From NCBI GenBank assembly GCA_051867875.1, contig JBJDZG010000004.1, forward strand, positions 12,832-76,831: 64,000 bases of DNA, read 5' to 3'. Position 1 is the stretch's first letter. Every line of letters starts with the position of its first letter. Below, one piece after another: positions 27,420 through 38,060 of the stretch. A program made the position numbers and the translations under genes. This stretch comes from Eubacteriales bacterium (GTDB lineage: Bacteria; Bacillota; Clostridia; Oscillospirales; CAG-272). The notes below the pieces were generated by a model. It was not told the DNA's origin. It ran no database searches and saw only the letters and a list, made by a program, of their open reading frames with translations.

Positions 27420-30400
27420 TTAAAAGAATGACATCTGGTCGGTGTCGTTCATGCCGTCAAGCACGCCGTTTTTGCGCAAAATGTCGATAACAGAGCCCGA
27501 GAGCTTTGCTCTTATCTGCAAATCCTCGATAGAGAAAAATTCCTCTTCGTTGCGCGCTTCGATGATATTCTGCGCGGCATTTTCACCGAGTCCCGAAAGG
27601 GACGAGAACGGAAGCCTTATTCCGTTATTTTCGGGCAGGAACGCCTTGTGGTCGGATTTTTTTAGGTTGATGGGCAAAAATTTTATTCCTCTTGCGTAGC
27701 ACTCGTTTACGAGCTGAAGGCCCGCGATACTTGCCTGCTCCTTTTGAGAGGCGTCCTTGCCGAGCTTTTCAATTCTCTCTATCTCCGCACGGACTCCGCC
27801 CTTGCCGCGCATTACTATCTCCGCGTCAAGTCCGACGGAGGAAACCGTGAACATGGCGGCGTAGAACACTATGGGCATATGTACCTTGTACCAGCCTACG
27901 CGTATTGCGGACATAACGTACGCCGACGCGTGCGCCTTCGGGAACATATATTTGATTTTCTTACACGAGCCTATGTACCAATCGGGAACGCCAGCCTCGA
28001 CCATCGCCGCTTCCCATTCGGGTTTAAGTCCTTTACCCTTTCTTACCGACTCCATTATCTTGAACGAAAGCGCACTTTCAACGCCGTAAGCAATAAGGTC
28101 GTTCATAATATTATCTCGACATCCGATAACCTTGGAAATGTCACATATACCCTCGTTGATAAGGTCCTGTGCGTTGCCCGTCCATACGTCCGTGCCGTGC
28201 GAAAGTCCCGAAATCTGAAGCAAATCCGCAAAGGAGCGCGGCTTTGCTTCCTCAACCATCTTCATAACGAAGCGCGTTCCAAACTCCGGCAAACCGTAAG
28301 TTCCTATCTTCGCGCCTCCGATGTCCTCGGGAGTAATTCCAAGGGGCTCGGTTGACAAAAATAGCTTGTAAACCTCGGGGTCGTTCATTGGAACGTCCAT
28401 AACGCTCGTATTTGAAAATCTTTCAAGCCATTTATATTTTGTCGGAATATCGTGTCCGAGCTCATCAAGCTTTAAGAGTGTGTCATGCAGATACTCGAAT
28501 GTGAAATGCGTGGTAACTATATTTGAATTTGCATCTTCCGCAGGGTGCTGAACGGGGCAGAAATCGTATATTTCCATTTCCTTGGGCACGACGACGATAC
28601 CGCCGGGGTGCTGACCCGTCGTACGCTTAACGCCGACGCACTTTGATACGAGTCTGTTCATCTCGGCACGCGGAAGGCTTATTCCCTTTTCTTCAAGATA
28701 TTTGAGAACGAAGCCGTAAGCGGTCTTTTCGGCAACACCGCCGATAGTACCGGCACGGAAAACGTTTTCCGCACCGAAGAGCTCCTCGGTATATTTATGT
28801 ACTTTTCCCTGCACCTCGCCAGAGAAGTTGAGGTCGATATCGGGAGATTTTTCACCGTAGAAGCCAAGGAAGGTTTCAAACGGTATGTCGTGTCCGTCCG
28901 CCTTGTACTTAGCACCGCAGACGGGGCAGTTTTTGTCGGGCAAGTCAAAGCCCGAGCCGACCTCGCCGTTCATAAAGAACTCGCTGTGCTTACACGACGG
29001 ACAGTAGTAGTGAGGTTTAAGTGGGTTAACCTCGGAAATTCCCGCGCATGAAGCAACGAAGGACGAGCCTACCGAGCCGCGCGAGCCTACGAGATAACCG
29101 TTATCCTCACTGTATTTAACGAGCTTTTGAGCGATGATATAAAGCACCGCAAAGCCGTTTTTGATAATGGACGAAAGCTCCTTGTCAAGTCTTTCCTTGA
29201 CGTATGGGGGCAAAGGTGAACCGTACTTCGACTCCGCGTTTTCGTAGCAAATTCGCTGAAGGTCCTCTTCCGCCCCCTCGATTTTGGGCGTAAACGTGCC
29301 CCTGGGGAACGGTCTTATATCGTCATCTATCATATCGGCGATAAGGTTGGTATTCTTAACTACAACCTCATAAGCCTTCTCCTTACCGAGATATGAAAAT
29401 TCTTCGAGCATTTCTTCGGTTGTACGAAGATACAGAGGGCAATCCTTGTCCGCGTCCTTAAAGCGCATTCCCGCAAGAAGCACCTTTCTTCCTATTTCAT
29501 CGTCAGCGTTGAGATAGTGAACGTCGCAGGTAGCCACAACGGGCTTTTTATATCTCTCTCCCAGCTCAACTATCTGTCTGTTAAGGTCGCGCAAGTCTTC
29601 CTCGGAGCCAACTGTTCCGTCATCAATCAAGAACTTATTATTTGAAATGGGCTGAATTTCAAGATAGTCGTAAAAGTTGACTATATCTCTTATCTCGTCC
29701 TCGGTTTTCTTTTCAAGAATGGCGCGGAAAAGCTCTCCCGCCTCGCACGCAGAGCCTATTATAAGTCCCTCTCTGTGCTTTTCAAGCTCACTTTTGGGGA
29801 TTCGGGGCACTCTTCTGTAATATTTGAGATAGCTGTACGAAACGAGCTTATACAGATTTTTAAGTCCCTCCTTGTTCTTGACGAGAATGACCTGATGATA
29901 GGGCTTTACCGTCAAGGGATTTGCGTTCTCGCTCATATCTCTTTGAAGGTCGGCAAAGGTCTTTATGTCGAATTTCTCCATTTTATCGACCATGGCAAAG
30001 AAGATATTTGCAAGCATCTCCGCGTCGTCGCAAGCTCTGTGATGATTAAAGTTACCGAGGTCGTAATACTTTGCAACGGCGTCGAGCTTGTGGGATTTGA
30101 GGTCGGCGTTGAGAAATCTTGAAAGCGTTACGGTATCAAGATAGGGGTTCGCAAAGCGGTAACCGCACTCTCTTGACGCTTTTCTTATAAAGGAAATATC
30201 GAAATTCGCATTGTGGGCGATGAGCAGACGGTCGCCTATAAAATCAAGAAATTCGCGGAGCACGGTATCTATTTTGTCCGCGCCCTTTACCATACTGTCG
30301 TCAATACCCGTAAGCTCGACGATATTTTCGGGAATGGGCACCTCGGGGTCAACAAATTTGTTGAAACGTTCAAGCACCTCGCCGTTTTTTATCTTGACCG

Positions 30401-31832
30401 CACCTATTTCTATAATCTGCGAAGTAAGCACGGAAAGTCCCGTCGTTTCAATATCAAATACTACAAATTCTTCGGTAAATGCACCGTTATATTCACCGAC
30501 TACGGCACTCGTTTTGTCGTTTACGAAATATGCTTCCATACCGTAAAGTACCTTCATTCCGAGCTTTTCGGCGGCGAGCATCGCCATCTGATATCCCTGA
30601 ACGTTTCCGTGGTCGGTAATGGCAACTGCACGGTGTCCCCAAGCGTGAGCGGTCTTTACCGCAACGTCGGGGGGCAAGAGGGCGTCCATGGTGGACATCT
30701 GTGTATGAAGATGAAGCTCAACTCTCTTTTCGGGAGCGTTGTCTACTCTCTTTATCTCTTTGATTTTTGCTATATGATTAAAGGTAAAAGTAAGGTCGCG
30801 GTCAAGCGTTCCGTCCTTCTTTCTCTCGTGCTTTGCATTCCCGTAGAGCGCGTAGGACGAGCCGTCTTTGACAGCGTCCGCTATCCTTGCGCTCTCCTCG
30901 GTGCTCTTATATGCGCGCACCTCAACGGACGTATTTCCGTCGTAGACGCAGAATGTTGTAGAAACATTGTTTCCCCGTCTTGTCGGCTCCTGTGTAAAAC
31001 CGAAAACCTCGCCTATAATGCAAACTCCGCCCGAATGCTTTTCGAGCTCGGCAAGCGCAACGGGATTTATATCAAACTCCTCTCCGAGCAGGTATTCGCA
31101 CTCGGAAACGTCGTATTTTTTAACGCCTATGGAGATAATATTCTCATTTCTCGTGATTATTCCGTCACCCTCAAAAAGCGTGCTCACGCGCGGCAAATCA
31201 ACTACCGACGCTTCTTTATTGTCGGCGCTCGAAGCACCGTCGGAGCTCCTGCTCGATACTGCATCGTATCTCTTTGACTGCTCTGCGATATCTCTGTCGT
31301 GCTTCTTCATCTCATCTCGGAGTTTTTCACGCGCGGCTGTGGTGAGCTTTTCGTCATGGTTAATCTTTACGTTATACCTTACGCCGAACTCGGAGAAAAT
31401 AATATTCTCGATTATTTTGGGCGTATTGGCATTTTGAAGCAGAGTTACACCGCCCGCCTCAAAGGGTATCGTAACCGTAATATTATTGCCCGAAATATTG
31501 TAATCACAGCCCGAGAAAAATCCTCTTGCAACTGCACCCACTCTCTCCGCTTCAAGCAAAATCTGAGAAAAATAGTGCTTATCGAAAAGGGACGCGTCGT
31601 ATTTGGGCATTATCTTCATGTGATTGAGCGCGTAAGCCGCCTTTATCTCGTCCTCAATGCGATATAGCAGGCTCTTATCAACGAGCCCGTCAAAATGCAC
31701 CTCAGCCTGCAAAATGCGGTTTGCCTTGTCCGCGAACACCGAAATCTTGTCTGCACGGGAAAGAACGGCAATTATTTCAGTGCCGTTCGGGTGGTATTTA
31801 TTGAAAATTTCAAGAAACGACTTCTCAGCCAT
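27420..31832 (-). CDS. polC: DNA polymerase III alpha subunit, PolC type
   Basis: 1470 aa. An internal DEDDh exonuclease (FVVFDIETTGLS...HNANFDISF...HRACDDA) is inserted in a PHP domain (HLHTQMSTMDA), and there is a Zn-finger CPSCKH...CPVCG. Confidence 0.97.
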   Translation of the reverse strand: MAEKSFLEIFNKYHPNGTEIIAVLSRADKISVFADKANRILQAEVHFDGLVDKSLLYRIEDEIKAAYALNHMKIMPKYDASLFDKHYFSQILLEAERVGAVARGFFSGCDYNISGNNITVTIPFEAGGVTLLQNANTPKIIENIIFSEFGVRYNVKINHDEKLTTAAREKLRDEMKKHDRDIAEQSKRYDAVSSRSSDGASSADNKEASVVDLPRVSTLFEGDGIITRNENIISIGVKKYDVSECEYLLGEEFDINPVALAELEKHSGGVCIIGEVFGFTQEPTRRGNNVSTTFCVYDGNTSVEVRAYKSTEESARIADAVKDGSSYALYGNAKHERKKDGTLDRDLTFTFNHIAKIKEIKRVDNAPEKRVELHLHTQMSTMDALLPPDVAVKTAHAWGHRAVAITDHGNVQGYQMAMLAAEKLGMKVLYGMEAYFVNDKTSAVVGEYNGAFTEEFVVFDIETTGLSVLTSQIIEIGAVKIKNGEVLERFNKFVDPEVPIPENIVELTGIDDSMVKGADKIDTVLREFLDFIGDRLLIAHNANFDISFIRKASRECGYRFANPYLDTVTLSRFLNADLKSHKLDAVAKYYDLGNFNHHRACDDAEMLANIFFAMVDKMEKFDIKTFADLQRDMSENANPLTVKPYHQVILVKNKEGLKNLYKLVSYSYLKYYRRVPRIPKSELEKHREGLIIGSACEAGELFRAILEKKTEDEIRDIVNFYDYLEIQPISNNKFLIDDGTVGSEEDLRDLNRQIVELGERYKKPVVATCDVHYLNADDEIGRKVLLAGMRFKDADKDCPLYLRTTEEMLEEFSYLGKEKAYEVVVKNTNLIADMIDDDIRPFPRGTFTPKIEGAEEDLQRICYENAESKYGSPLPPYVKERLDKELSSIIKNGFAVLYIIAQKLVKYSEDNGYLVGSRGSVGSSFVASCAGISEVNPLKPHYYCPSCKHSEFFMNGEVGSGFDLPDKNCPVCGAKYKADGHDIPFETFLGFYGEKSPDIDLNFSGEVQGKVHKYTEELFGAENVFRAGTIGGVAEKTAYGFVLKYLEEKGISLPRAEMNRLVSKCVGVKRTTGQHPGGIVVVPKEMEIYDFCPVQHPAEDANSNIVTTHFTFEYLHDTLLKLDELGHDIPTKYKWLERFSNTSVMDVPMNDPEVYKLFLSTEPLGITPEDIGGAKIGTYGLPEFGTRFVMKMVEEAKPRSFADLLQISGLSHGTDVWTGNAQDLINEGICDISKVIGCRDNIMNDLIAYGVESALSFKIMESVRKGKGLKPEWEAAMVEAGVPDWYIGSCKKIKYMFPKAHASAYVMSAIRVGWYKVHMPIVFYAAMFTVSSVGLDAEIVMRGKGGVRAEIERIEKLGKDASQKEQASIAGLQLVNECYARGIKFLPINLKKSDHKAFLPENNGIRLPFSSLSGLGENAAQNIIEARNEEEFFSIEDLQIRAKLSGSVIDILRKNGVLDGMNDTDQMSFF

Positions 31833-31840
31833 ATCTACCT

Positions 31841-32923
31841 CTATACTTTCATATCCTTGATTCTGTCAATTAAAACGTCAATTATCCTGTCCTCGGGTAT
31901 CTTTTCGATTATCTCGCCGCGGGAAAAAAGCAAGCCCTCGCCGATACCGCCCGCGATACCTATATCAGCCTCGCGCGCCTCGCCCGGACCGTTTACCGCA
32001 CAGCCCATAATTGCAACTTTTATAGGTTTGTCCGCAAGTCCCTCGCGCTTTACCGCATCTTCAAATCTGTGCACGAGCGATATGAGGTCGATTTTAGTGC
32101 GTCCGCAGGTGGGACAGCTTACTATTTTCATTCCGCTTTGTCCTTCGATTTCAACGGCGTCAAGTATTCTCTTCGCCGATTCTATCTCAAGCACGGGGTC
32201 AGCAGTAAGAGAAACGCGGAGAGTATCTCCTATTCCGTCGCAAAGGAGCGAGCCTATGCCTATGGCGCTTTTCAGCGTTCCCGCAGCTTCGCTTCCCGCC
32301 TCGGTTACACCGAGGTGAATATTATACGGACACGCCTCGGACAGCAGTCTGTTTGCCTCTATCATTGATGCCACGTTTGACGCCTTGATTGATACGACTA
32401 TATCGTTGAAATCGTATTTTTCAAGCAATTTTATATGCGTCAGCGCGCTCTCGCAGAGCGCCGCGGGTGTGGGCGAGCCGTACTTTGCGAGAATATCCTT
32501 TTGAAGCGAGCCCGAATTTATTCCTATTCTTATCGGAATATTTCGAGCTTTGCAAGCCCTTGCAACCGCGCGCACTCTTTCTCCGTCGCCGATATTGCCG
32601 GGATTAATTCTTATCTTATCGACACCGACCTCGGCACAGCGAATTGCTATACGATAGTCAAAATGAATATCCGCAACCACGGGTATGTATATTCCGTTTT
32701 CTTTGAGATAGGGTATCGTTTCGGCTGCTTCCGTATCGGGAACGGTAATTCTCACGATATCGCAGCCCGCGTCCTGAAGTGCCCTTATCTGATTAAGAGT
32801 CGCCGCCTTATCATGCGTGTCGGTGTTCGTCATGGACTGAATGGCTATGGGAGCGTCTCCGCCGATACAGGTATTTCCTATCTTGATTTTTTCGGTTTTT
32901 CTTCTGATGTCGTTGTATCTCAT
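31841..32923 (-). CDS. ispG: 4-hydroxy-3-methylbut-2-en-1-yl diphosphate synthase (MEP pathway)
   Basis: IspG/GcpE pattern: IGGDAPIAIQSMTNT, RINPGNIG and C-terminal cluster ligands SCPTCGR...GCAVNGPGE. Confidence 0.94.
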   Translation of the reverse strand: MRYNDIRRKTEKIKIGNTCIGGDAPIAIQSMTNTDTHDKAATLNQIRALQDAGCDIVRITVPDTEAAETIPYLKENGIYIPVVADIHFDYRIAIRCAEVGVDKIRINPGNIGDGERVRAVARACKARNIPIRIGINSGSLQKDILAKYGSPTPAALCESALTHIKLLEKYDFNDIVVSIKASNVASMIEANRLLSEACPYNIHLGVTEAGSEAAGTLKSAIGIGSLLCDGIGDTLRVSLTADPVLEIESAKRILDAVEIEGQSGMKIVSCPTCGRTKIDLISLVHRFEDAVKREGLADKPIKVAIMGCAVNGPGEAREADIGIAGGIGEGLLFSRGEIIEKIPEDRIIDVLIDRIKDMKV

Positions 32924-32939
32924 TTTATAATTTTATACC

Positions 32940-33980
32940 TCAAAAGAGATTTATTACGTCCTTAATGGAGATGAGGAGCATAAAACCGAGAAGTATCATC
33001 ATGGTAATTCCCGTTATCGTGTCCTCAACCTCTTTTTTGATTACCTTTCTGCCTGCTATGCCGTCGATGAGGTGGAACAGAATTCTTCCACCGTCAAGTG
33101 CGGGAATGGGCAAAAGATTGAATATACCGAGGTTCATACTTATCATTACTACAAGATTTACAAGGGACGCAAAGCTTACTTGGCTCACCTGACCTACGAC
33201 CTCTACTATGCCGACAGGGCCCGAAACGGCTTCCATTCCGAATCTGCCCGAAATAATGCCCCAAAGGGAGTCAAAAACCATCTTTATCATCGACACCGAG
33301 CGATAGAAGGCTTGGTATAAGTAATCGAAAATCGTTACATCCTCAAGCGAATTGAGCGAATAGAGCCTGAAATCGAGGTCGCCGAACACCGTACCCGATT
33401 CTTCGACGGTATTGAAAACCACTCCCTCAAGTAAAATAATCTCGCCGTCGCGCTTTACCTTGATATCAAGCGCCTTGTTGCCCTGATACATAATCTCATA
33501 GACGACTTCCTCACCCGTGTGAACTTTAACGTTGCCCACTTGGATTATCTCGTCGCCCACCTGCAACTTTGAGTTGCTCACGGCGTCATCGTCAAATTTG
33601 CCTATCGTCGTAGAGCCGAGAGTCGTTGACGAAATGACGAGGATAAACATAAGAACTATCGCAAAAACGATATTCACAAGAGGTCCTGCGCTCGTTACGA
33701 GTATCTTTTTCCAAGGGCTCAGGTGGTCGTATCCCTTGGGATTATCGCTCGTGCCCTCTTCGCCTTCCATCTGCACGAAGCCGCCGATGGGAAAAGCGCG
33801 GAGTGCGTATTTCGTGCCCTTCTTGCCTTCCCAAGAGTATATTTTCGGGCCCATACCGATAGCAAATTCAAGCACGGGAACGTCAAAAAGACGCGCAAAG
33901 AAAAAGTGTCCGAATTCGTGAATGAAGGTCAGAAAACCTATCACGAGAATGGTAATAAGCAAATATAAAATAAAGTTCAA
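32940..33980 (-). CDS. rseP: RIP metalloprotease RseP/RasP (M50 site-2 protease)
   Basis: HEFGHFFFA zinc motif in TM1, an internal PDZ-like segment and C-terminal NLLPIPALDGG. Confidence 0.92.
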   Translation of the reverse strand: MNFILYLLITILVIGFLTFIHEFGHFFFARLFDVPVLEFAIGMGPKIYSWEGKKGTKYALRAFPIGGFVQMEGEEGTSDNPKGYDHLSPWKKILVTSAGPLVNIVFAIVLMFILVISSTTLGSTTIGKFDDDAVSNSKLQVGDEIIQVGNVKVHTGEEVVYEIMYQGNKALDIKVKRDGEIILLEGVVFNTVEESGTVFGDLDFRLYSLNSLEDVTIFDYLYQAFYRSVSMIKMVFDSLWGIISGRFGMEAVSGPVGIVEVVGQVSQVSFASLVNLVVMISMNLGIFNLLPIPALDGGRILFHLIDGIAGRKVIKKEVEDTITGITMMILLGFMLLISIKDVINLF

Positions 33981-34003
33981 TTCATTTTCTCCTTAAAGTA
34001 AAA

Positions 34004-35170
34004 TCAAATTTTCAAATACGATTTTGCAACTTCTCTTGCCTCTCTGTCGGCGCAGAGTATGCCGTCGAGCGAGTGAACATTTTTTGCATCGCTCATTTTT
34101 TCAACCGTATAAATAACCGCGTCGGATATCTCTCCGAAGCTTATTTTTTCCGACAAATATGCGGAAACCGCGACCTCGTTTGACGCATTCAGCACAGCGC
34201 AGACAGCTCCGCCCGCTTCAAGTGAATGGAGCGCAAGGTCAAGAAGCGGAAAGGCTTCTCTGTCCACCCTCGCAAAGGTCAGCTTTGATATTTCGGCAAG
34301 GTCAAGGGGCTCTATAATGCCCTCGCTCCTGCTTGCTCTGTCCAGTGCATACTGCACGCAGTGCCGCATATCGGGCACTGAAAGCTGTGCTATAACGCTA
34401 TTATCTATATATTCCACCATAGAGTGAATTATACTCTCCCTGTGCACCAGAACGTCGATTTTGTCGGGCGTCATACCGAAAAGGTGGGACGCTTCTATTA
34501 TCTCAAAGCCTTTATTCATCAAGGTCGCGCTGTCAATGGTTATCTTCGCGCCCATACTCCATGTTGGGTGTGCGAGCGCACGGGAAAGAGGTACGTTCCG
34601 TATCTCCTCTCTCTTCATACCGAAGAACGGTCCGCCCGAAGCCGTGAGAATGAGTTTTTTGACCTCATCTCGCTTACCCGCTCTCAAACACTGATGAATC
34701 GCACAGTGCTCGCTGTCAACGGGCAGTATCTCTATCCCCTTTTTCTTTGCGAGATTCATTACAATCTCGCCCGCGACGACGAGGCTCTCCTTGTTTGCAA
34801 GGGCAAGTCTTATTCCGTTTTCAAGCACCGCAAGCGTCGGGCGCAAGCCCGCACCGCCGATAATCGAGTTTACGGCAAAGCTCGCTCCGCTCCCGCCTAT
34901 CATCTCGCAGATGCCTTCGACTCCCGAAAATACCTTTATATCGGTGTCCGCAAGAGCGCTTTTCAAAGCCGCCGACGCGTCCGCGTCGCACATAGCGGCA
35001 AAGCGTACGCCGTGCTCCCTTGCCTGCTCTGCGACTCGGCGCCAATTTTTATTGGCACATATACCGACTACCTGCGTACCCGTCTTTTTTGCAACGTCAA
35101 GTGCCTGCTCGCCTATCGAGCCCGTCGAGCCCAGAACGAGCATTTTTTCAATTCCGCTCATAAATCTCAC
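34004..35170 (-). CDS. dxr: 1-deoxy-D-xylulose 5-phosphate reductoisomerase
   Basis: LGSTGSIG NADPH motif, LANKESLV and DSEHCAIHQC. The GTG start at 35170 overlaps the cdsA stop (GTGA). ATG 35161 is an alternative start. Confidence 0.94.
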   Translation of the reverse strand: MRFMSGIEKMLVLGSTGSIGEQALDVAKKTGTQVVGICANKNWRRVAEQAREHGVRFAAMCDADASAALKSALADTDIKVFSGVEGICEMIGGSGASFAVNSIIGGAGLRPTLAVLENGIRLALANKESLVVAGEIVMNLAKKKGIEILPVDSEHCAIHQCLRAGKRDEVKKLILTASGGPFFGMKREEIRNVPLSRALAHPTWSMGAKITIDSATLMNKGFEIIEASHLFGMTPDKIDVLVHRESIIHSMVEYIDNSVIAQLSVPDMRHCVQYALDRASRSEGIIEPLDLAEISKLTFARVDREAFPLLDLALHSLEAGGAVCAVLNASNEVAVSAYLSEKISFGEISDAVIYTVEKMSDAKNVHSLDGILCADREAREVAKSYLKI

Positions 35171-35985
35171 GCAAAGAACAGTGCCATCACGATGGCAACT
35201 GCCAAAATGGAGTCAAAACGGTCAAGCACTCCGCCGTGTCCGGGGAAAATCTTGCCGAAGTCCTTTACACCGTAAGTTCTTTTGATAACCGACATCGAGA
35301 GGTCGCCGATTTGCGAGACGAGTGCGGAAAGAAGTCCCGCAAGCGCACAAAGCACGAGATTCATCTGCTGTTCGAGTATATTGTTCACGATAAATCCGAA
35401 GATTACGAAGAAAATAACGCAGAAAACGGTTCCGCCGATGCTTCCCTCAACGGTCTTTTTGGGGCTTACCGCCTCTATAAGCTTGTGCTTTCCGAATAGC
35501 ATTCCCGTAAAGTATGCAAAAATATCCGTAACCCAAGCACCGATGAAGATAAAATACCAATAGTATTCACCGCCCCGCGCGTCGCGCACGAGCACGATTG
35601 AAGCAACCGCGCCTATTATGTAAATCGATACGAACACGCTCGCAAGGATTGAGTTCATATCGATATTCTGATTTTTCTGATACGAGAAAACCCACAGCGC
35701 AAGCATATAGAGTGCAAGCACGAGAAAAGTAAGCATAAGCTTATCGGTATTTGCAAAGATGACGTTTCCGTAATAACGCACCGCAAAAGGAGCGATACCC
35801 GCGATTACGTAAAGAGGAATTGAAATAGCCCTATTTTCTCTCGTATTCATACATCCGAGAAGCTCGTATATTCCGACAATTCCGATAAACGCCATAGCTA
35901 TCGGAAAAATGACCGTATTTGAAAAAATACACACGGGAATGGCAACTATTCCGAGAACGATTGCCGTAATAATTCTTTGTTTCAT
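35167..35985 (-). CDS. cdsA: Phosphatidate cytidylyltransferase
   Basis: Polytopic membrane protein with the CDS signature SxxKRxxGVKDxGxxxPGHGGxLDRxD (SVIKRTYGVKDFGKIFPGHGGVLDRFDS). Confidence 0.93.
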   Translation of the reverse strand: MKQRIITAIVLGIVAIPVCIFSNTVIFPIAMAFIGIVGIYELLGCMNTRENRAISIPLYVIAGIAPFAVRYYGNVIFANTDKLMLTFLVLALYMLALWVFSYQKNQNIDMNSILASVFVSIYIIGAVASIVLVRDARGGEYYWYFIFIGAWVTDIFAYFTGMLFGKHKLIEAVSPKKTVEGSIGGTVFCVIFFVIFGFIVNNILEQQMNLVLCALAGLLSALVSQIGDLSMSVIKRTYGVKDFGKIFPGHGGVLDRFDSILAVAIVMALFFA

Positions 35986-35998
35986 TTTTTCGCCTTTC

Positions 35999-36700
35999 TT
36001 AAAGTCCGCCGTATCTTCGGCGTCTTGAATAAAAATCGTTTATGGCTTCTTTTAAGTCGCCGTCCGAAAAATCGGGCCAGAGCTTATCGCAAAAATAGAG
36101 CTCGGAGTAAGACGACTGCCAGAGCAGGAAATTCGAGAGTCTTCTCTCTCCCGCGGTACGGATTATCATATCGGGCTCGGGGGAGCCTGCGGTGTAGAGC
36201 GTACGGGAGATGTTCTCTTTCGTTATCTCCTCGCCGTTTTGGAGGAGCACGTTGCAGGCGTATACGATTTCGTCCCTGCCGCCGTAATTTATTGCCACGT
36301 TGAGAGTTCTGTCGAAATGAGCGGTTTCGGCTTCGAGCCTGTTTATCTTGTTTTGTAAGGATTTATCAAGTGCTCTCTTGTCGCCTATCATTCGAAAGCG
36401 CACTCCGCGCTTTTTGAGGTCGTCGCCGCACTTGTCAAGATAGAGCCCGAGGAGTCCCATTATGGTCTTTATCTCAACGGGCGGGCGTCTCCAGTTCTCC
36501 GTTGAAAAAGCGTAGAACGTGACGGTGTTAAGTCCGTAGTCAAAGCAGGTATTCGCAATTCTTTCGAACACCCTGACTCCAACCTTGTGTCCCTCTTGCC
36601 TATCAAGTCCCCTCGCCTTTGCCCAACGTCCGTTTCCGTCCATAATAAAAGCGATGTGTCTTAAATTCTCATCAACCTTAAACTCTGTTTTATCAGCCAA
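35999..36700 (-). CDS. uppS: Undecaprenyl diphosphate synthase (cis-isoprenyl transferase)
   Basis: HIAFIMDGNGRWA, FSTENWRRP and RLSNFLLWQSSYSELYF motifs. Confidence 0.95.
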   Translation of the reverse strand: MADKTEFKVDENLRHIAFIMDGNGRWAKARGLDRQEGHKVGVRVFERIANTCFDYGLNTVTFYAFSTENWRRPPVEIKTIMGLLGLYLDKCGDDLKKRGVRFRMIGDKRALDKSLQNKINRLEAETAHFDRTLNVAINYGGRDEIVYACNVLLQNGEEITKENISRTLYTAGSPEPDMIIRTAGERRLSNFLLWQSSYSELYFCDKLWPDFSDGDLKEAINDFYSRRRRYGGL

Positions 36701-36761
36701 AATTTTTACCTCTTATATTCCAAAAAGGCGGGAATTTCGCCCGCCTGAGTAGTCTTATTTT

Positions 36762-37316
36762 TTAGATTGCCATTACTTCTTTTTCTTTTCTTGCGGAGCA
36801 AGCATCAACTTCCTTGATGTATTTATCCGTAAGGTCCTGAACATTCTTTTCGGAGTGCTTTGCTTCGTCCTCTGTAAGAAGTCCGTCCTTCTTCTGCTTC
36901 TTGATAGCGTCGTTTGCGTCGCGGCGAATGTTTCTGATGATTACTTTTGTTTCCTCGCCCATTCTCTGAATCTGCTTTGTGAGCTCTTTACGGCGCTCCT
37001 CTGTAACCTGAGGGAACACGAGTCTTATCATCTTACCATCGTTTGAGGGATTGATTCCGAGATCGCTCATAAGAATTGCCTTTTCGATAGCTTTGAGCGT
37101 TGATGCGTCGTATGGCGTTATCGTAAGCGTTCTTGAATCTGCCATTCTGATATCAGCCATCGTGTTTACGGGTGTGGGTGAGCCGTAGTACTCAAACGAA
37201 ATTCTGTTGAGCACGCCTGCATTTGCCTGACCTGCACGGATAGTTGCAAGGTTGTATTCGTAGGAAGCGATTGTTTTCTTCATCTTTTCTTCATAATCTT
37301 TTGTATTGAATGTCAT
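36762..37316 (-). CDS. frr: Ribosome recycling factor
   Basis: 184 aa with ...IRAGQANAGVLNRI...YYGSPTPVN... and a helical charged C-terminus, in pyrH-frr synteny. Confidence 0.95.
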   Translation of the reverse strand: MTFNTKDYEEKMKKTIASYEYNLATIRAGQANAGVLNRISFEYYGSPTPVNTMADIRMADSRTLTITPYDASTLKAIEKAILMSDLGINPSNDGKMIRLVFPQVTEERRKELTKQIQRMGEETKVIIRNIRRDANDAIKKQKKDGLLTEDEAKHSEKNVQDLTDKYIKEVDACSARKEKEVMAI

Positions 37317-37343
37317 AATCTGTACCTCTATTCTTTCCTTTTT

Positions 37344-38060
37344 TTATCTGTGTAATTCAGTTCCGATTTTTTCGCCCATAATGACCTTGTAAATATTCAT
37401 GGGGTCTTTGAGTTCAAATGCGTAGCATTTTATATCGTTTTCCATGCAGAACGCACTCGCGGTAATATCAAGGGCTTTGAGCTCCTTTTGGAGTATTTCG
37501 GAGTACGTTATCTCGTCGTATCTTACCGCCTTTGGGTCTTTTGCGGGGTCTGCGGAATAAATACCGTCTACGTTCTTTGCCATAAGTATTACGTCAGCGC
37601 CGATTTCCGCTGCGTGAATGGCGGCGGCTGTGTCGGTTGAGAAGAACGGCATACCCGTGCCTCCTCCGATAATTACTACCTCTCCCTCTTCAAGATGGCG
37701 TCTTGCATCTCTTATGCGGTAAGGGTCGGCAAAGGAATTTATCTCCATAACCATCATCGCACGCGACGGAAGACCGCAGGATTTGAAGGTTTCTTCAAGA
37801 GCGAGAGAATTGATGGCGGTTGCAAGCATTCCCATCTGGTCTGCGCGCGCTCTGTCCATGCTTCCGCTCTGCCTGCCTCTCCAAATATTACCCGCGCCGA
37901 CGACGACGGCTACCTGTACCCCTTCGGCAACGCACCTTTTTAACACCTCGGCTATCTTCTCAATATATTCAAAATTGAGAATGCCCGAGCAGTCCTTGGC
38001 AAGCGCTTCGCCCGAAAGTTTGAGCAAAACTCTTTTGTACTTTGGTTGTCTTATTTCCAT
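37344..38060 (-). CDS. pyrH: UMP kinase
   Basis: YKRVLLKLSGEAL and VVVGAGNIWRG motifs. Start trimmed to ATG 38060 (MEIRQPKYKRV), preceded by GGAGGAG. Confidence 0.94.
   Translation of the reverse strand: MEIRQPKYKRVLLKLSGEALAKDCSGILNFEYIEKIAEVLKRCVAEGVQVAVVVGAGNIWRGRQSGSMDRARADQMGMLATAINSLALEETFKSCGLPSRAMMVMEINSFADPYRIRDARRHLEEGEVVIIGGGTGMPFFSTDTAAAIHAAEIGADVILMAKNVDGIYSADPAKDPKAVRYDEITYSEILQKELKALDITASAFCMENDIKCYAFELKDPMNIYKVIMGEKIGTELHR

Noticed and set aside
30213-31277. Long antisense ORFs inside large genes. Examples: 354 aa at 30213..31277 opposite polC, 292 aa at 7510..8388 opposite ileS, 264 aa at 38685..39479, and 261 aa at 39500..40285. Others are 283 aa at 34424..35275, 260 aa at 52160..52942, 224 aa at 56670..57344 and 201 aa at 17578..18183.
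   Set aside because: Each lies entirely within, and antisense or out of frame to, a gene with unmistakable conserved motifs. Their translations are low-complexity, Arg/Ser/Leu- or Phe/Val-rich, with no recognisable motifs or SD sequences. They are shadow ORFs.
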